Assembly: GCF_009914755.1 (NCBI RefSeq)
Contig: NC_060932.1
DNA length: 64,000 nt
From: the human T2T-CHM13v2.0 reference genome, Homo sapiens
Reading direction: 5' to 3' (one strand)
Part shown: one piece after another, positions 13,561-26,695 of the stretch
Layout of the letters: every line of letters starts with the position of its first letter
Position numbering within the stretch: the first letter of the stretch is position 1
The notes under the pieces: generated by a model
The model's input: only the letters and a program-made list of their open reading frames with translations
Told to the model about the DNA's origin: nothing
The model's database searches: none
Position numbers and translations under genes: made by a program

Positions 13561-14194
13561 CCAGTCTCTGACTGTTGTTGTTAGTGGACACAATTGCTCT
13601 TGTTCTCTGTGCTGAAGAGTAGGTGTTTATAACGGCTCCTGCTCTTATAGGACTTTTCTAATAAGCATTGCTTCAGGATGCTTTAAATCTGTCATCTTGT
13701 GGCTAGGTGCTCAAAGTCTTTGTCTCCCTTCCGTTGGTTCTGTCCTTTCTGAAAACGTCTTATTTCACTTCTTAAATAATTTCCTGTCCCCACTCCATTC
13801 TGACAGAAAAGTTTAGAGGAGACATGATTTCCTTGGAGACTCAGAGATGCCATAACTTACATATAACCACACAATGGCCCATGTGAGCTAGGTGGCTAAA
13901 TGCTGAAATACTTTTGAGGGACCAAAAATATCAAACAAGCAGAGGCTATGTATTGTCCCTGGGAGGCAGGACCCTATGAGCAGATGATAGAAGTGGCTAA
14001 GGAAGCAGCATCAGTTCACACCATGAGGAGAGCCAAACCTCCCCACATAACACCAGCTGCCTGAGCAGCCCTTGGACTCCACGTTTGCAGTGGGTAGGGA
14101 AAAGAAGGTCTGTCCAGAAAGCAGGAGCATGGAGCTCCGTAGACCTGAAACAGCCCCAAGTCTGCCTTTTACTAATTACATATAGTGGATACAT

Positions 14195-14320
14195 CATTTG
14201 TTTTCTCTGAATCTAGGTTCCCTTATCTCCAAAATGAAACTCACAGACCTGTCTGCCTCTCACAGGGTAGTTATGAGAATGAAACAAGATGTTGTGTGTG
14301 AAAGCACTTGGCAACCTGTG
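14195..14320 (+). mobile_element. MIR fragment
   Basis: cctcacagggtagttatgagaatgaaacaagatg..gtgtgaaagcactt. Confidence 0.65.
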
Positions 14321-14419
14321 GTTCTGCTTAATACCGACTGCTACATGGCTCTGAAATCACACACTGAGGGGCATACGAGGCACAAGATGAAGCAAAAACT
14401 GCCTTTAATCCTCTGTAGT

Positions 14420-14605
14420 TTGGCTTCTCAGTTGTACGAGAATTCCCTAGGGTACTGGTTTAAAATACAGATTTCAAGGTTTTGCCCCATAAATTTCTAG
14501 TTTATTTGGCCCATGGTGGAGCCTGAAATCTGCATTTTAAACAAACATACAGGTGATTGGTTAGAGCTGGTTGGTCCCTTGGGCCACATTTTGAAAACTG
14601 CTGTT
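14420..14605. mobile_element. MER5A-type hAT-Charlie MITE
   Basis: aaaatacagatt..ggagcctgaaatctgcattttaaacaa..aggtgatt..gccacattttgaaaactgctg. Confidence 0.75.
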
Positions 14606-15489
14606 CTGCCCCTTAAGAGGCCAGACCACTGGGGATGGGTGTGTTTTGGGGGATTACTAAGAGCGAATAATGTGGAAAATCATATATTGTAGGCTGGAAA
14701 CTTTGATACCTCTACTGTACTCTAGAATTTGGAAAGTTTATAACAAGTTGAATAGGGCAAAAAAGTTTTCTTTGCCCAAGTGAGGCACAGTTTTTAAAGG
14801 TGAGTGAATGAAATAAATAGATGAAGGAAGAAAGTCAGATAAGATCAACAGATTCATTCTCAGTAGAGTCTTTAAGCTCTCAGCTGCAAGTATCATAACT
14901 TGCTTTGATAAGTTTTGTAAGTTAGTGAACAAAAGATAATTTAAGTTTAAGTTGAGCAGAAAATAATTTATTGCTTTTGAAATGCTGGCTGCCTTGTACA
15001 GGATTATCTCAATCTTTATCTCCAGTTCATGAAACCCAAGGCTACCTATTGACAAGGGAAAAAAAAGCTTTTCTGAGGTACATGAAGAGATTCAGGCATT
15101 TTAAGGTTCTCAATCATGTCACCTTTTATCGCTTAGGTTTTAAGTCGAAGGATTCCTTTTGAGTTTGCACATTTTGTTGAAATTAAGTGGAGGGCCTTTC
15201 CAAATTGTCAGCTTTTATTTCTTGCCCATTCAAGCTTCCATTTAGAATTGGTATAAAATTAGATCTGCAGTAGAACTATAGCTGTAATTTTAAAATCACT
15301 ATGGATTTTGATTGTGCAAGTGGCATGCTTATGGCTAGTGGAAGCTAACAACAAAACAGTGTCACATATAATAACCTCATGAGTGTTAAGAGTTAATCTT
15401 ACCAGGCTTTTTTTATTCCAATGTTTATGAAACTTTTAAATCACCAAAGTCAGCCACATCTCAGCCTGTATAAAATTCTCTAGCTCTTA

Positions 15490-15825
15490 GGCTTTTTTCT
15501 TTTTTCATTCAGGTCTCAGTTCATATATTAAATGTGGTTCTAAGGGTTCATCAAACTACCCCATGCAAAGGAACCCCTTTCATCTCTATCACTTTATTTG
15601 GCTTCATTTTCAAAGCACTGTCTGAATTGTCAAGCACTTCATTTCATGTAGCACTGTCTGAAATTTTCTTATCTGTGTATGCATTTATTTACTGTCTTCC
15701 TCTTCCCATGGAATGCAAAGGTTATCAGAGCAAGGACTTTTGCCTATTTAGGTTGTTGCTCTTTCTAGGACCTGAAGGTATACCTGGAGCACAGAGAGAA
15801 AATTAATAAATATTTACTGCATATA
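15490..15825 (+). mobile_element. L2 3' end
   Basis: tcattcaggtctcag..tactgtcttcctc..agagcaaggactttt..aataaatattt. Confidence 0.75.
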
Positions 15826-16051
15826 TGAAGAGGAGGAGTTAATATAATAGGCACAGTTTTCTCAGAGCTCTGTATTCTGTCCTTTGCCTATTACTGAAAT
15901 CTGATGGAGGAAGATTGGAGGGGCTTAAATGGATCTCACGGCTCTTACACATTGCTTAACTAAATGGCTTCCACAATTCCTCTCTCTCTTGTAATGCTCT
16001 GTGGCTTCACACCTCGAGCCAGGTGTCTGCTCAATTGTGATTTATGCAAGC

Positions 16052-16709
16052 CAGTTCCAAGTAGCAGTGAAATAGTGACTGAATAATAAAGGGTCACAGA
16101 CACATCTGTGAGGCCAGGGTCAGGGGGAAATGGTCTGTGCCTTTTCATTTCCCTCTCTTTCCTCCACTTTTCTTAGCTAGGAGGTATCCTTATGTCACCT
16201 TCTGCCTGAAACCTGTATACTAATGTTGCCCCAATCCTCCCATCTTTCCAACATGATAGTTTCCCACCTGGTGTCTGAGCAGTATTTTGGAAGAAAACAC
16301 TCTTATTTCCCATTCCAAAACAAAGATAGCCAGTGATGTATGTTGCAGAGAGAAAAGAAAAATAGGCAAGGACAGGATTTGAGATGGAGGCAAGAGAACA
16401 TTGTTTTAGAAAGGCGGGGATTTGGCACCCAAATCAGATGTTCTGCCTTCTCCATCCAACTCCAGAGAGACCTGAAGAACTCTCATCTTTGAGTGGCAGG
16501 ATCAACTTCCATGCCCTGAAATTTCCATTTGGTCCTCACTTATTCAACGTGGAGCAGAAACCAGTGCATTTTTGTCAGTATAGGCTAGCATCACAGAAGT
16601 GCAAAAAAAAAAAAAAAATGACAGTAGACTATAGCTCATTTTGATTAGTGGACATTTTTACGATAGACCCTTAATTATTCAGTCACTATTTCACTGCTAC
16701 TTGGAACTG
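16052..16709. repeat. 44-bp inverted repeat pair (16052-16095 and 16666-16709)
   Basis: cagttccaagtagcagtgaaatagtgactgaataataaagggtc versus the reverse complement of copy 2: 43/44 identical. Confidence 0.95.
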
Positions 16710-16755
16710 ACCCTGTTTGTCTTACTCATCCAGGTTGCATGCCTTCCCCTTACTT

Positions 16756-16830
16756 ATAAACTCTCCATCTAGTGGTTTTCCCAGATGCTAAATTCGCCAC
16801 CTCCCCGCCGGCCCCGGCCCCAAGTAATAA
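16756..16830. promoter_or_regulatory. CTCF-like motif plus GC box cluster
   Basis: Minus-strand CCACTAGATGGAG near 16763-16775; cgccacctccccgccggccccggcccc with retained CpGs. Confidence 0.4.
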
Positions 16831-17512
16831 ACAACTAATTAAAAATAGAGGAAATTTTGGCAAGTGCTGTCTACAGCCTATTTTAGAAAACACACACCAT
16901 AATATTATCTAAGCGGCGTCTGAAGCTCTTTAGTGAGGGTTATAACTATGTGGTGGAACGACTTCAGGGCTCACAGCATGGAGCATTGGCAATGACATCT
17001 GGAGTCTTTCATTATGCAGTTGCTGGTGCTGCACAGCCTCCCACTCACCTTGGTACCTGCACACACTGCTGTTTCTCCTGCAGCCCCTTGTGTGGCTGCA
17101 TCTGTATGGTGGGAAAGCTAAAAATGCCTACCGAGATGGCAATGTAGACTGACATTAGCTCATAATCCTTGCAAGATGCACATGTGTGTTAAAAAAAAAA
17201 ATCCCAAAGAACTAGCATCCCAAATGATTCAGGTTTCTGTAGGAACTAGAAGCAGAGAAGTAAGCTCAAGATCAAAACCAAATAGTGCCCCCAAATTATT
17301 TTTGAGGTCTTGTACCCTTAGAATCAGAGAAACTCTCCTTCTTTTTCTTGCCTATTAATTCACCCTAAGTATTAGTTTAAAAATATGTTTGCTGTGTTGT
17401 CATGTATCCAACTAGTTGATAAAACTACAAGATTTTAATAAACATAAATTTTTATTATTTTGCAGTTATATTGAAATAGAACACTAGTGAAAGAATTTTA
17501 GTTACTCATTTT

Positions 17513-18655
17513 TTTCAGAGAAAAGGTATTTTAATACGAACATTGTATATTTGGACACAGAAACTGCTATACACAACAAGAAACCATGATTTGATCAATT
17601 ATGACATTATTATCTCTTCTAAAAACACAGAAATTACATTATTAAGCAATTACAAGAGGAAAAAGGAAGTCTGTAAAGTCCTATTCAATTTACTTTTTTA
17701 AGGAAAATGATGTTTATTTGACTCTGGTCACGGTTCCATTTTGTCTACTTTCTTTGTAAGTTCAGCTTCAGTGCTACCTAATTCTCTCTTTGCTTCTTCA
17801 ATTTTCACTTGAGCAAGAGATGGATTCAGCATTAAATCTAAATAGAACTCCATTTTTTTCTTCAAAGGTATGGTCTATCGTTTTAACTCTGCCAGTTTCT
17901 CTGATACCGCTACTAGGGACTGATGAAATGGAGAAGCATCCATGCCTCTGGCTGAAAGTGACTCCTCTGCAGCTTTGATTTCAAATCTGAACTCCACTGA
18001 CTTTGTTTTTAGAACATCCCTGTTCTGAAGATGACCGTCGACTTTGACCCTTTCCAAAGACAAATGAAACTCTACTTTCTTGAGATCCTCTTTTTGACAT
18101 TTTTCCAATATTAATGTTGCAGTTAGTTTTTTTTCAAGATTTTCCCATTCAATCTTGATTTCTTCAGTTTGGGATTTTGTTTGAAAGATCAGATGTCGAA
18201 TTATTCACTGCAGGGATAAACCTAGCTAGTGAGGTATCTTTAGTTTCAAGGGCGATGTGCTGTCAACCAAAGCATTCAGATACCTGGAACCAGTGCTGGA
18301 GAGATTGGCAGGGGAAAAGTTCACACTCTCCATGAGAAGGTCTTGAAGAGGCTTGGCTTCTGATTTATATTCACTTGCTTTCTGCCTGTTTCAAGTCATG
18401 TATTACCAGGTAGACATCCCTGTCCTGGAGCTTGTTGCATTCTAAAAGGTGGTGTAAAATCTCTAATTCGTAGGTTCACCTCATACTATGGGTATGAGAT
18501 TTTGAGTATGGGTATGAGGTAAATGGGATTACCTCCATTTTTTTTTTTTTTAATCACACAGCAACCTGCACCTCTTTCTCCTCCTGGGGCTCCATAGCTG
18601 CCACTCCTGCCACTTCACACGGAACTCCTCAAGGAAGAAGTGCCCTGCAAGCCCC
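17513..18655 (-). pseudogene. HAUS1: Full-length HAUS1 (CCDC5) processed pseudogene
   Basis: ATG at 18595 (MEPQEEKEVQVA); LMESVNFSPANLSSTGSRYLNALVDS; AAEESLSARGMDAS; EAELTKKVDKMEP* ending 17728; intronless with stops/frameshifts; TSD ttagttactcatttt (17498-17512) / ttatttactaatttt (18656-18670). Confidence 0.95.
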
Positions 18656-18894
18656 TTATTTACTAATTTTCATTTCAAGAATTTTATTTTATTATCTTCA
18701 AATTTTATTTTATCTAAATCTTATCATCCACAAAAAAAGAGTTTCTCAATATTTCACAGTGTACAGACATGGTCAGTTAGCTTCAGGTAACAAAATAATC
18801 TTCAAAACTGTAACAGTAAAAAGTTTCAGAACCATTTGGTTGATATGATTTATTAAAGGATTTAATTATTCATTGGAGATGTTGATACCTTAGA

Positions 18895-19135
18895 GCTGTG
18901 GTAACTATCCAATATGGTAACTACTGAACTCTTCAAATGTAGCTAGTCTGAATTAATATGTGCTATAAGTGTGAAATACACAGCAAATTTGTTTTAAAGA
19001 CTTACAACAAAAAAGGAAATAGTTCATTTATAAATTCTTATACTGATTGCATGCTGCAATAATATTTTGAATATACTGTGGTGAATGAAATATATTATTA
19101 AAATTAATTTCACCTGTTTACATCTACTTTTAAAA
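18895..19135 (-). mobile_element. MER33 (hAT-Charlie)
   Basis: gtgctataagtgtgaaatacac..aaatatattattaaaattaatttcacctgtt. Confidence 0.8.
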
Positions 19136-19603
19136 ATACCTCTTCCAAAAAAGTTAGTCTATTTCCATCACATAGCACTACTTTAGAGAAACAAAAGTTT
19201 CTGGTTACTCTACAGGGAAACAGTTAAAATATAATGTTGCCAAGGAAGACAGAAATCCAACAGGCAGTTTAGATGTTCTGCCAGAGAGCCTGATCATTGT
19301 TTCTCCAGAATCTACTGCAAAGACACCTCCTGAAAAGAAGAGGCCGTTTTATAGCACATGCTGATTCAAACCTGGGTCCCTCTTCTGCAAGATCAACCAT
19401 ATCAGTTAGTGCTATCTAGAAGTAGTTAATAGATCTTAAATTACTGGAACTAAAGGATACAAATGAACTAACATGTGCAGGAGAGGGAGACATTTCAGTG
19501 CCCTCTGAATCTTGTCTGTGATAAAGCCCACTGTCCCTTTCTAACTGAAGCCTTTCCCTTTAGCAACATTGTTGTCCAAAGTTGGAAGGCCTTCCAGTAC
19601 TGT

Positions 19604-19962
<359 letters not shown>

Positions 19963-20200
19963 TAGACACAAGGGAATGTGGTCTCTGGACTTTTGTCTTT
20001 CTGAGAATTTTTTGTTTTTCTGTGAAACCTAACCATCTGGTTCGTGAATATTCCAGAATAGGAAATATTAATATAAAAGTGATTCTGTTTATATGAGTCT
20101 TCACTTTTGATACAAGAAATAAGATCACAAGTTTATGGGAATGTGTTTTTAAAAGAATCCTGCTAACATATGTACATTTCATCTCTTAACCCTTTCTGAC

Positions 20201-20379
20201 CTGTATATTTTTATTTGTTCCAAGTGACTCAATCCCAACGTGTCAGTAACGACCTCCCATACATACCAAGAAGCTTCTGCCATCTGGTGGTATATGTGGA
20301 GGACGTGGTAGTCAAGATCCGCAGAAGGATCAAATCCCCCAGTCCAGATCCCAGCTTCCAGATCTGTTTTCTCAAAAAG
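20201..20379 (-). pseudogene. Putative exon (179 nt, fully open)
   Basis: Acceptor ctccatcccatctttcaag, donor CAG|gtcaga; LFEKTDLEAGIWTGGFDPSADLDYHVLHIYHQMAEASWYVWEVVTDTLGLSHLEQIKIY. Confidence 0.6.
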
Positions 20380-20535
20380 CTTGAAAGATGGGATGGAGTA
20401 TAACAACTTGACACCATCATCAGTTCAGCTAATGGTTGTTTCTCTTGCTTCCCAGAAAGTTGGTTTGTTTTGTCTTTTTATACCATAGTAATGACATCAC
20501 TTGACTTGAACATTTCCCTGCACTCATTTTTAATT

Positions 20536-20675
20536 ATTTATTTATAATTTTTTATTTTTAATGTTCGTGGGTACATAGTAGGTGTATATAGTTATAGGGT
20601 ACATGATATGTTTGGATACAGGCATGCAGTGTGTGATAATCACATCATGGAGAATGGGCTATCCATCCCCTTGAG
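20536..20675 (-). mobile_element. 5'-truncated L1MA 3' end with TSD
   Basis: tgggtacatagtaggtgtatat..cacatcatggagaatggg; TSD cctgcactcatttt(t)aatt at 20517-20535 and 20676-20693. Confidence 0.9.
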
Positions 20676-21301
20676 CCTGCACTCATTTTAATTAGCAGTC
20701 ATTTTCTTTTTACAGAAATAATCTGGCGTTAACACCACAGTTTTAATAAAATTTAGACTAAAATTCTCAATGAATTACACAAGTAAAATAAGGATCTAAT
20801 GAAATCTGTGGCATGATTTCACTATCCTTTGAAGCTGATTTTGAAAAGTTGTCTCCCAGTTTAATGTTGAAAGCTGGTCTTCATACATCTCATAAGTGTT
20901 TGTAGTATTCATGTAACCTCAAGCATAGGCAACATTTTCCTATTTCATGTTATTTCACCTGCTCTATTAGACCCTCAGACAAATTATATATGGTTAACAG
21001 TTTGCCCTTTAAAATATGTTTGTATTATCTATAATCAATTTTTAAAAAATCGTTTTGTCAATTAGTGTATATTTCATGAGTATCTATGATGTTACCAAGC
21101 CCTCTGGGAAATGTTGGGGATAAATTGATAAATAAGATAACAGTCTAATCCTTATGGAATGTACACAGAAAATAGACAGTGTTTGACTTTTCTGAGGCTT
21201 TTTTTGTTCTGAAAAATAGGAATCAAAATGTTTGCATAGTTTCAATAGGTTATAGACATTTTAAGTGGCGTATAAGTGATTTCAGAAGAAGAAAAGCCTA
21301 C

Positions 21302-21507
21302 CTCTGTAACTAGTCTTCTCAATAACATCTACACAGTCTTTCACTGTAATCCAAGAGTATTGAGACTAATTGGAGCATTTCTTGACCCTCCAATAATAGG
21401 AGACATTCAAACATGGTATTAACATAATCTGCCATCATAGAGAACAGCTGAATTAATGTGATATGAATATCATGATCAACCTTGATGGAATAAACATCTT
21501 CGTACAG
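21302..21507 (-). pseudogene. Putative exon (206 nt)
   Basis: Acceptor ccccatctcactgtgcag, donor GAG|gtaggc; LYEDVYSIKVDHD...LLDYSERLCR, then restoring 1 nt gives MLLRRLVTE in phase with the next exon. Confidence 0.6.
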
Positions 21508-21879
21508 CTGCACAGTGAGATGGGGATGAAAGCCCTTTTTCTGTGTCAAGCTTCCAAAAATGGTTAATTAATCTGAATACTTTAGGTAAATTAAAAAAAA
21601 GAATGGAATGAAGAAGGATGTGAATAATCTAGATAATTAAACTCTACTGTGCACCTTCTTTGAAAGTTAGTCTAGGGTTTATGCCATAGGATTATGTAAG
21701 AATCTGTTAAGAGAGCTTATTGTTTAATTGTTCTGGTCTATATAACAGTGTTAACTAAAACATAACCTGTATTCAGTAGAATTTGGTTTGAAGTGGGTTT
21801 ATCTCCGACCCCTATCTACTAAAATGCTCCATGCATCTTAGTTACCTGTAAGAAAGTCCCGTAGTAAAGCTCTGAGAGC

Positions 21880-22000
21880 CCCCAGACACCAGCACTTCTG
21901 TTTGGGATCTGTTCCAGCTCCTGCTAGAACTTGCCATGTGGTTTTATTCAAGACACCATCTACTTGAGCTCAAATTTCTCTATCTGTAAAACAAGGGAGT
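21880..22000 (+). mobile_element. MIR fragment
   Basis: ctcaaatttctctatctgtaaaacaaggg. Confidence 0.55.
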
Positions 22001-22699
22001 GGGCCCCAAATTCTGATTTTACCAAAATCAGAATACAATAAGAAGGAAACTGAAGGTTTACAAATATCATTTTTGGTGTGTCTTCATTGACTGAGTGTTA
22101 ATTATACTGCCATTTCACTGCAGCATTTCTGTTGTAAAGACTTCTGTTGCAGTCAGTCAGAGTCAATCAGTGTTGAGGTTAACTTTCTCTGGCTGTATTG
22201 ATTGGGTGAAAGTTATCCCCAAAGCTGGAGGAAGCAAATAAATTCCTTCTATCAACTTAAATTGTAGCGATGCCTGTCACAATTTAGGGGCACTTCTTGC
22301 TATTTGCCTTTCTGGAGTTGTTTTGATTCCAGGAGTACAGAGACTTAACTCCAGCTTTGAAGGGGAGGGTTGGAGACGATTAGAGGGAGATACCTCTGAG
22401 CCCAAGGAAGCAGCATCAAGGACAGAGTGGGGAAGAAAACCAAGTGTCACTTATTGAAAAGCAAAGGCTGTGATCTGCAGTTTCTGGTTTGTTCTGATAG
22501 AAGACTTTGGAACCCAAACCATCTGGACACATTTCAGGGACAATAAAGAATTGAAAAAGGTTTTACAAATAGAAGGAAGGTGGATAGGTTATCAGGGGAA
22601 AATATGAGTCACAACCTAGTGAACTAGTTTAGAGGAACCAGGCTCCCAGCACACAGGAGGCCTTGACCAGATTAAAAAGATAACTCATTTGTCACATTT

Positions 22700-22890
22700 G
22701 TCTTCCTGGTCATATTCAAAAAGCTTCACCTGTATTAGGTTAATTAATTCTCATGACAACCACTACAGGTAGGTCTTTACTCTCCTTATTTAATACATGA
22801 GAAGATGGATTTATAAAGAAGTTAGGTGCCCCAAATCACAGTTGTGAAGCATCAGACCCACTGAGGCTGGCCCCAAAGACAGGCTCTCAT
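22700..22890 (-). mobile_element. MIR
   Basis: ttaattctcatgacaacc..aggtaggt..catgagaa..ccaaatcacag. Confidence 0.6.
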
Positions 22891-23639
22891 TGGTACAAAT
22901 GTCCTTTCTGGCTCCAGCTTTCTTAGTTCCCTCATGATCACCACTTTCTTTCATGTCCCCCCAGATGCTTGAGTGCTTCCTGATCGGTGCATAAGCATGT
23001 GTTCATTAGTTAAGAGTGCTTATGCTGGTAGGTAGCTTATCTACAAATCGTTACTAGAGACGGAATTAGGAGCCATGCCTCCTCCTCATTTCTCTACTCA
23101 CTCTGCTCTTCTGTTTACATCAATCAAATCTCTATAATGTTCATATTAGTAAATTACTTAAACATAAGCTATTTTACAAATATATGCTAAGTTCTTAAAT
23201 ATCTTCATTCTGCCTCATGCATGCTTGGCTTTCTGTGCTAGTGTCTCAGTCAAAGCTATGGAATTGGATAGTTCGGGTAGAAAACTTTTCCAATTATCTA
23301 TATGTTCAGAAAACTGGGAAAACATCCTCGAAGAAGAAGCACACATTAAGTGCCTTTTTCCTGACAGATTTTAGCCTACCACAGGATTTCAACCTTTTGT
23401 GCTTGGGGAAGTACTTTCTTCAACAACAAAAAAGATAACATTATGGTTCTGTGGTACATTGTGATATCTCTCAAACCTTCTTCATAAGCCTGAGATGGCT
23501 TTTAGCAAATGGTTTTTGCTCAGAGATATGGGTTTTTTTTTTCATTGAACAAGGAATGGAAAATATGCTAATTATAATTGAATAATGGACTCAAAATTTA
23601 GATTAACCCTACCTGATCACACTAACAAGATACTGTGAG

Positions 23640-24320
23640 TCTGCATTCATTTGTTTGGTCAACACATCATATTGAGCATTGCAGTAGGCAGATTGATATG
23701 GCGGTCCCCATGACCCCCACCTCCTGGTGTTCAAATGTGGATGGGGCCTGTGACTTCCTTAAAAACAACAGAGTAGGGCAAAGGCAGTGGGATGTACTTG
23801 GTTATATCACATAACATCGCAGTGCCCCTCCTGCTGGAGCCTCTCCTTGCTGGCTTTGAAGATGCCAGCTGCCATGCTGTGGGCTGCCCGTGTTGGGAGC
23901 CCACCTAGCCAGGAGCTGAGGGTGGCCTCTTAGAGCTGAGGGAAGCCTCCAGCCAACAGCTAGTGAGAAATAGAAGTCCTCAAGATCACATACATTAGGA
24001 ACTGAATTCCACCAACAAAAGCAGATCCTTTCCCAGTCAAGCCCCATAGGAGACCTCAGCACCAACCAACAGACACCTTTATAGCAGCCTGGTGAGACAC
24101 TAGCGGGAGACCCAGTGAAGCCGTGTCCAGACTCCTGACTCGCAGAAGCTGTGAGATGCCAGGCCTCTGTTGTTTTAAGTCACTGAGTTTGTGGTAATTT
24201 GTTATATAGAAACAGGAAACTAATACAAACACCCTCAGTATTCCAGACACATTTTGAGGAATTAGAAATGGAGCAGTGAACAAAATGAAGTCCCTGTTCT
24301 GAGGAGCTTGTATTTCAATA
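23640..24320 (-). mobile_element. L2 3' end interrupted by an MLT1F LTR
   Basis: cattcatttgtttggtcaaca..attgagca / gcagtgaacaaaatgaagtccctg..gagcttg. Confidence 0.65.
23680..24227 (+). mobile_element. MLT1F-type solo LTR
   Basis: ctggctttgaagatgccagctgccatg; ends gttttaagtcactgagtttgtggtaatttgtta..aaactaataca. Confidence 0.85.
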
Positions 24321-24429
24321 AATCTAAAACATAGACATTTTAGAAGCTTTAATTCATCTCAATTATAATTTCAAAGTAAAAACCTCAGTGATCCCAAAAT
24401 GGGAAAGAAAAATTTACTTAAAATATTTA

Positions 24430-24734
24430 TTTTTAACTTTTATTATTATTTTTTGAGACAGAGTCTCATTCTGTCACCCAGGCTGGAGTGCAGTGGCGCA
24501 ATCACAGCTCACAGCAGCCTTGACCTCCTGGGCTCGGGTGATCCTCCCACCTCAGCCTCCTAAGTAGCTGAGACTACAGGCGTGTGTGACCATGCCCAGG
24601 TTATTTTTGTATTTTTTCTAGAGACAGGGTCTCACTTTATTGCCCAGGCTGGTCTTGAACGCTTGGGCTCAAGTGATCTTTCTGCCTCGGCTTCTCAAAG
24701 TGCTGGGATTGCGGGCATGAGCCACTGCACCCAG
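24430..24734 (-). mobile_element. AluJ
   Basis: Dimer with cagccttgacctcctgggctc and gagacagggtctcact diagnostics. Confidence 0.95.
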
Positions 24735-25544
24735 AAAAATGAGCATTTCTTTTCTGGTCCAAAGGAGGAAAAACAATGCTGGACATATCTCAGCATTGAC
24801 TTACCAGGTGATCTTATTCAAGGAAAGAATGGGAGGACAGGGGTTGTCAGCTGTAGAACACGAGTTCTCCATGGGCTGAAGCTTTAGAATCAGAACTTTG
24901 CAGTCCCATGATAATGCAATAGTGAGATACAGTATATCTCACTATTTCAAAAAAACAAAAAAAGATACTGAAAAGCTTAAATACATAACTGCCAAAAGTC
25001 ACCAAAATAAGAAAAGCAATTTCAAAATCAGCTTATTGATTTGATTTCTATAGAAAGACCATTGTCTAAAAGAAAACCTAGGATTCATTCAGCATTTTCA
25101 GAAGATCAAAGTCACATTCATGAACAACATGTATGTTAGTTCTAGTGTCCAGACAAGACAGCTAAGAAGGGCTTGAATTTCCACACAAGCTACCTGGCTT
25201 TATAAGTAGCCCCAGAATGCCCAGGTACACGGGCCACAGAATGCCCAGAATACACAGGCCACAGTCCACCCTAGGCCCAGTGTCCAGCAAATTTGAACTG
25301 CCAGTAACTTGGGGGACCAGGAGCCTGTACTGTATTTGGGAAACCACAAATCTAAGGCCACATTCTATAGAATAGACTTAAAGGTTTTCTTGAAATTAAT
25401 ATGTAATCAATCACACTCAGAATATATTTGGGCAGCTTATATGTGCAATGTGTTACATGCAGCTAAATGACTCTAACATTTCTATTGCAGTGTACAGAAG
25501 GTGTTCATAGAGCTAGCTCTTGTTGAATTGCAGTTATGGTTGTT

Positions 25545-25780
25545 AATAACATGTGTTGAGCACTAGTTCTATCTAGACATTGTGCAGAGCACTTTGATAT
25601 GTTTTTAATTTTATTTTCTTAAAAGGATTATTGTCCCCATTGAATAGAAGAGACTAAACCTTAGAAAGCCTAAGACACATACGCAAGATCCAACAATGAG
25701 AAAATGTTGGGGTTACAATTTTAATTCAGGCAGTCTGGTTGCAGAACTGGTGCCCTTGACCACTATGCATGGCACCTCCT
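25545..25780 (-). mobile_element. MIR
   Basis: ttgagcact..agacattgtgcagagcacttt..aggcagtctg..cttgaccactatg. Confidence 0.75.
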
Positions 25781-26695
25781 GTTAATGTGACAAGCACAGT
25801 GTCAGATGCTGTGTTCTTTCATTTGTTCTTTATAACAACCCTGCAAAAGGTATTTGGGGGTCATGGGAAGAGCCTTGAAAAACTCTTTCAAGTAATTAGT
25901 TTAAGAAAGAGGCAAGATATCGACATGCATCTTCTGATGCCATAATCACTTTTTACATAACCAGGCTAACTGGGGGCTCTAAGGGCTATTGTTCTAAGTA
26001 GGAAACCATTGTGTGTTAATATTTATCAAATATTTAGAAGATCAATCTACTTCCAAGACCTTCCCCATCAGTTTGATAATGCCTAAAATTCTAAAAGCTC
26101 ATGCCAAATTTCTTTACCTTAAAGCTTTGAAATTATTCCTAGTCATTTACCCTTATCAGTCATGTATACTTTAGTAAGAATAAGTTTATCTCACTCATTC
26201 ATGAAAGCAGATTTTTATGGAGAAGAGGATGCAAAAACTTGAGGATTGCAAATGCTGAATCTTCTTTAGAGAAGGAGGTCACTAGGAGTGAAGAAAAGGG
26301 CAGGTGATATTTAGCCTAATGGCTATCAGAGATATTAAGAACACTTTCTGGAGGTCTCAAATTTGATTTTTTTCTGTATAACTAATCATATTTTCTATCA
26401 TAGACAACCTTGTGTATAACCTAGAAATGATAGAAAGTATATGATCCAAAAGCAAGGTACCATCAGTTCTGCTCTGTACTTCTTTTGAAAATTGGAAATT
26501 GTCCCAACACATTTTGATACATTAGAGAACAATTTGAGCATAATGAAAATGTCTTGTTTTTTTTATGCATGATTTTTATCCATGATAACACTAGGTGAAT
26601 GCAGAAAACTGCATCCAGATGAACAGAGCTGTGTAGGAATGTGCAAATTGCACACAGGCTCACACCTCAAACATCTGCCAGCTACCTCTGCTCAC

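Noticed and set aside
17875-18108. ORF as a functional HAUS1 paralog
   Set aside because: Early TGA at codon 14, multiple frameshifts, no introns, TSDs
22989-23025. gcataagca...tgcttatgc hairpin as a pre-miRNA
   Set aside because: Stem of about 10 bp is too short
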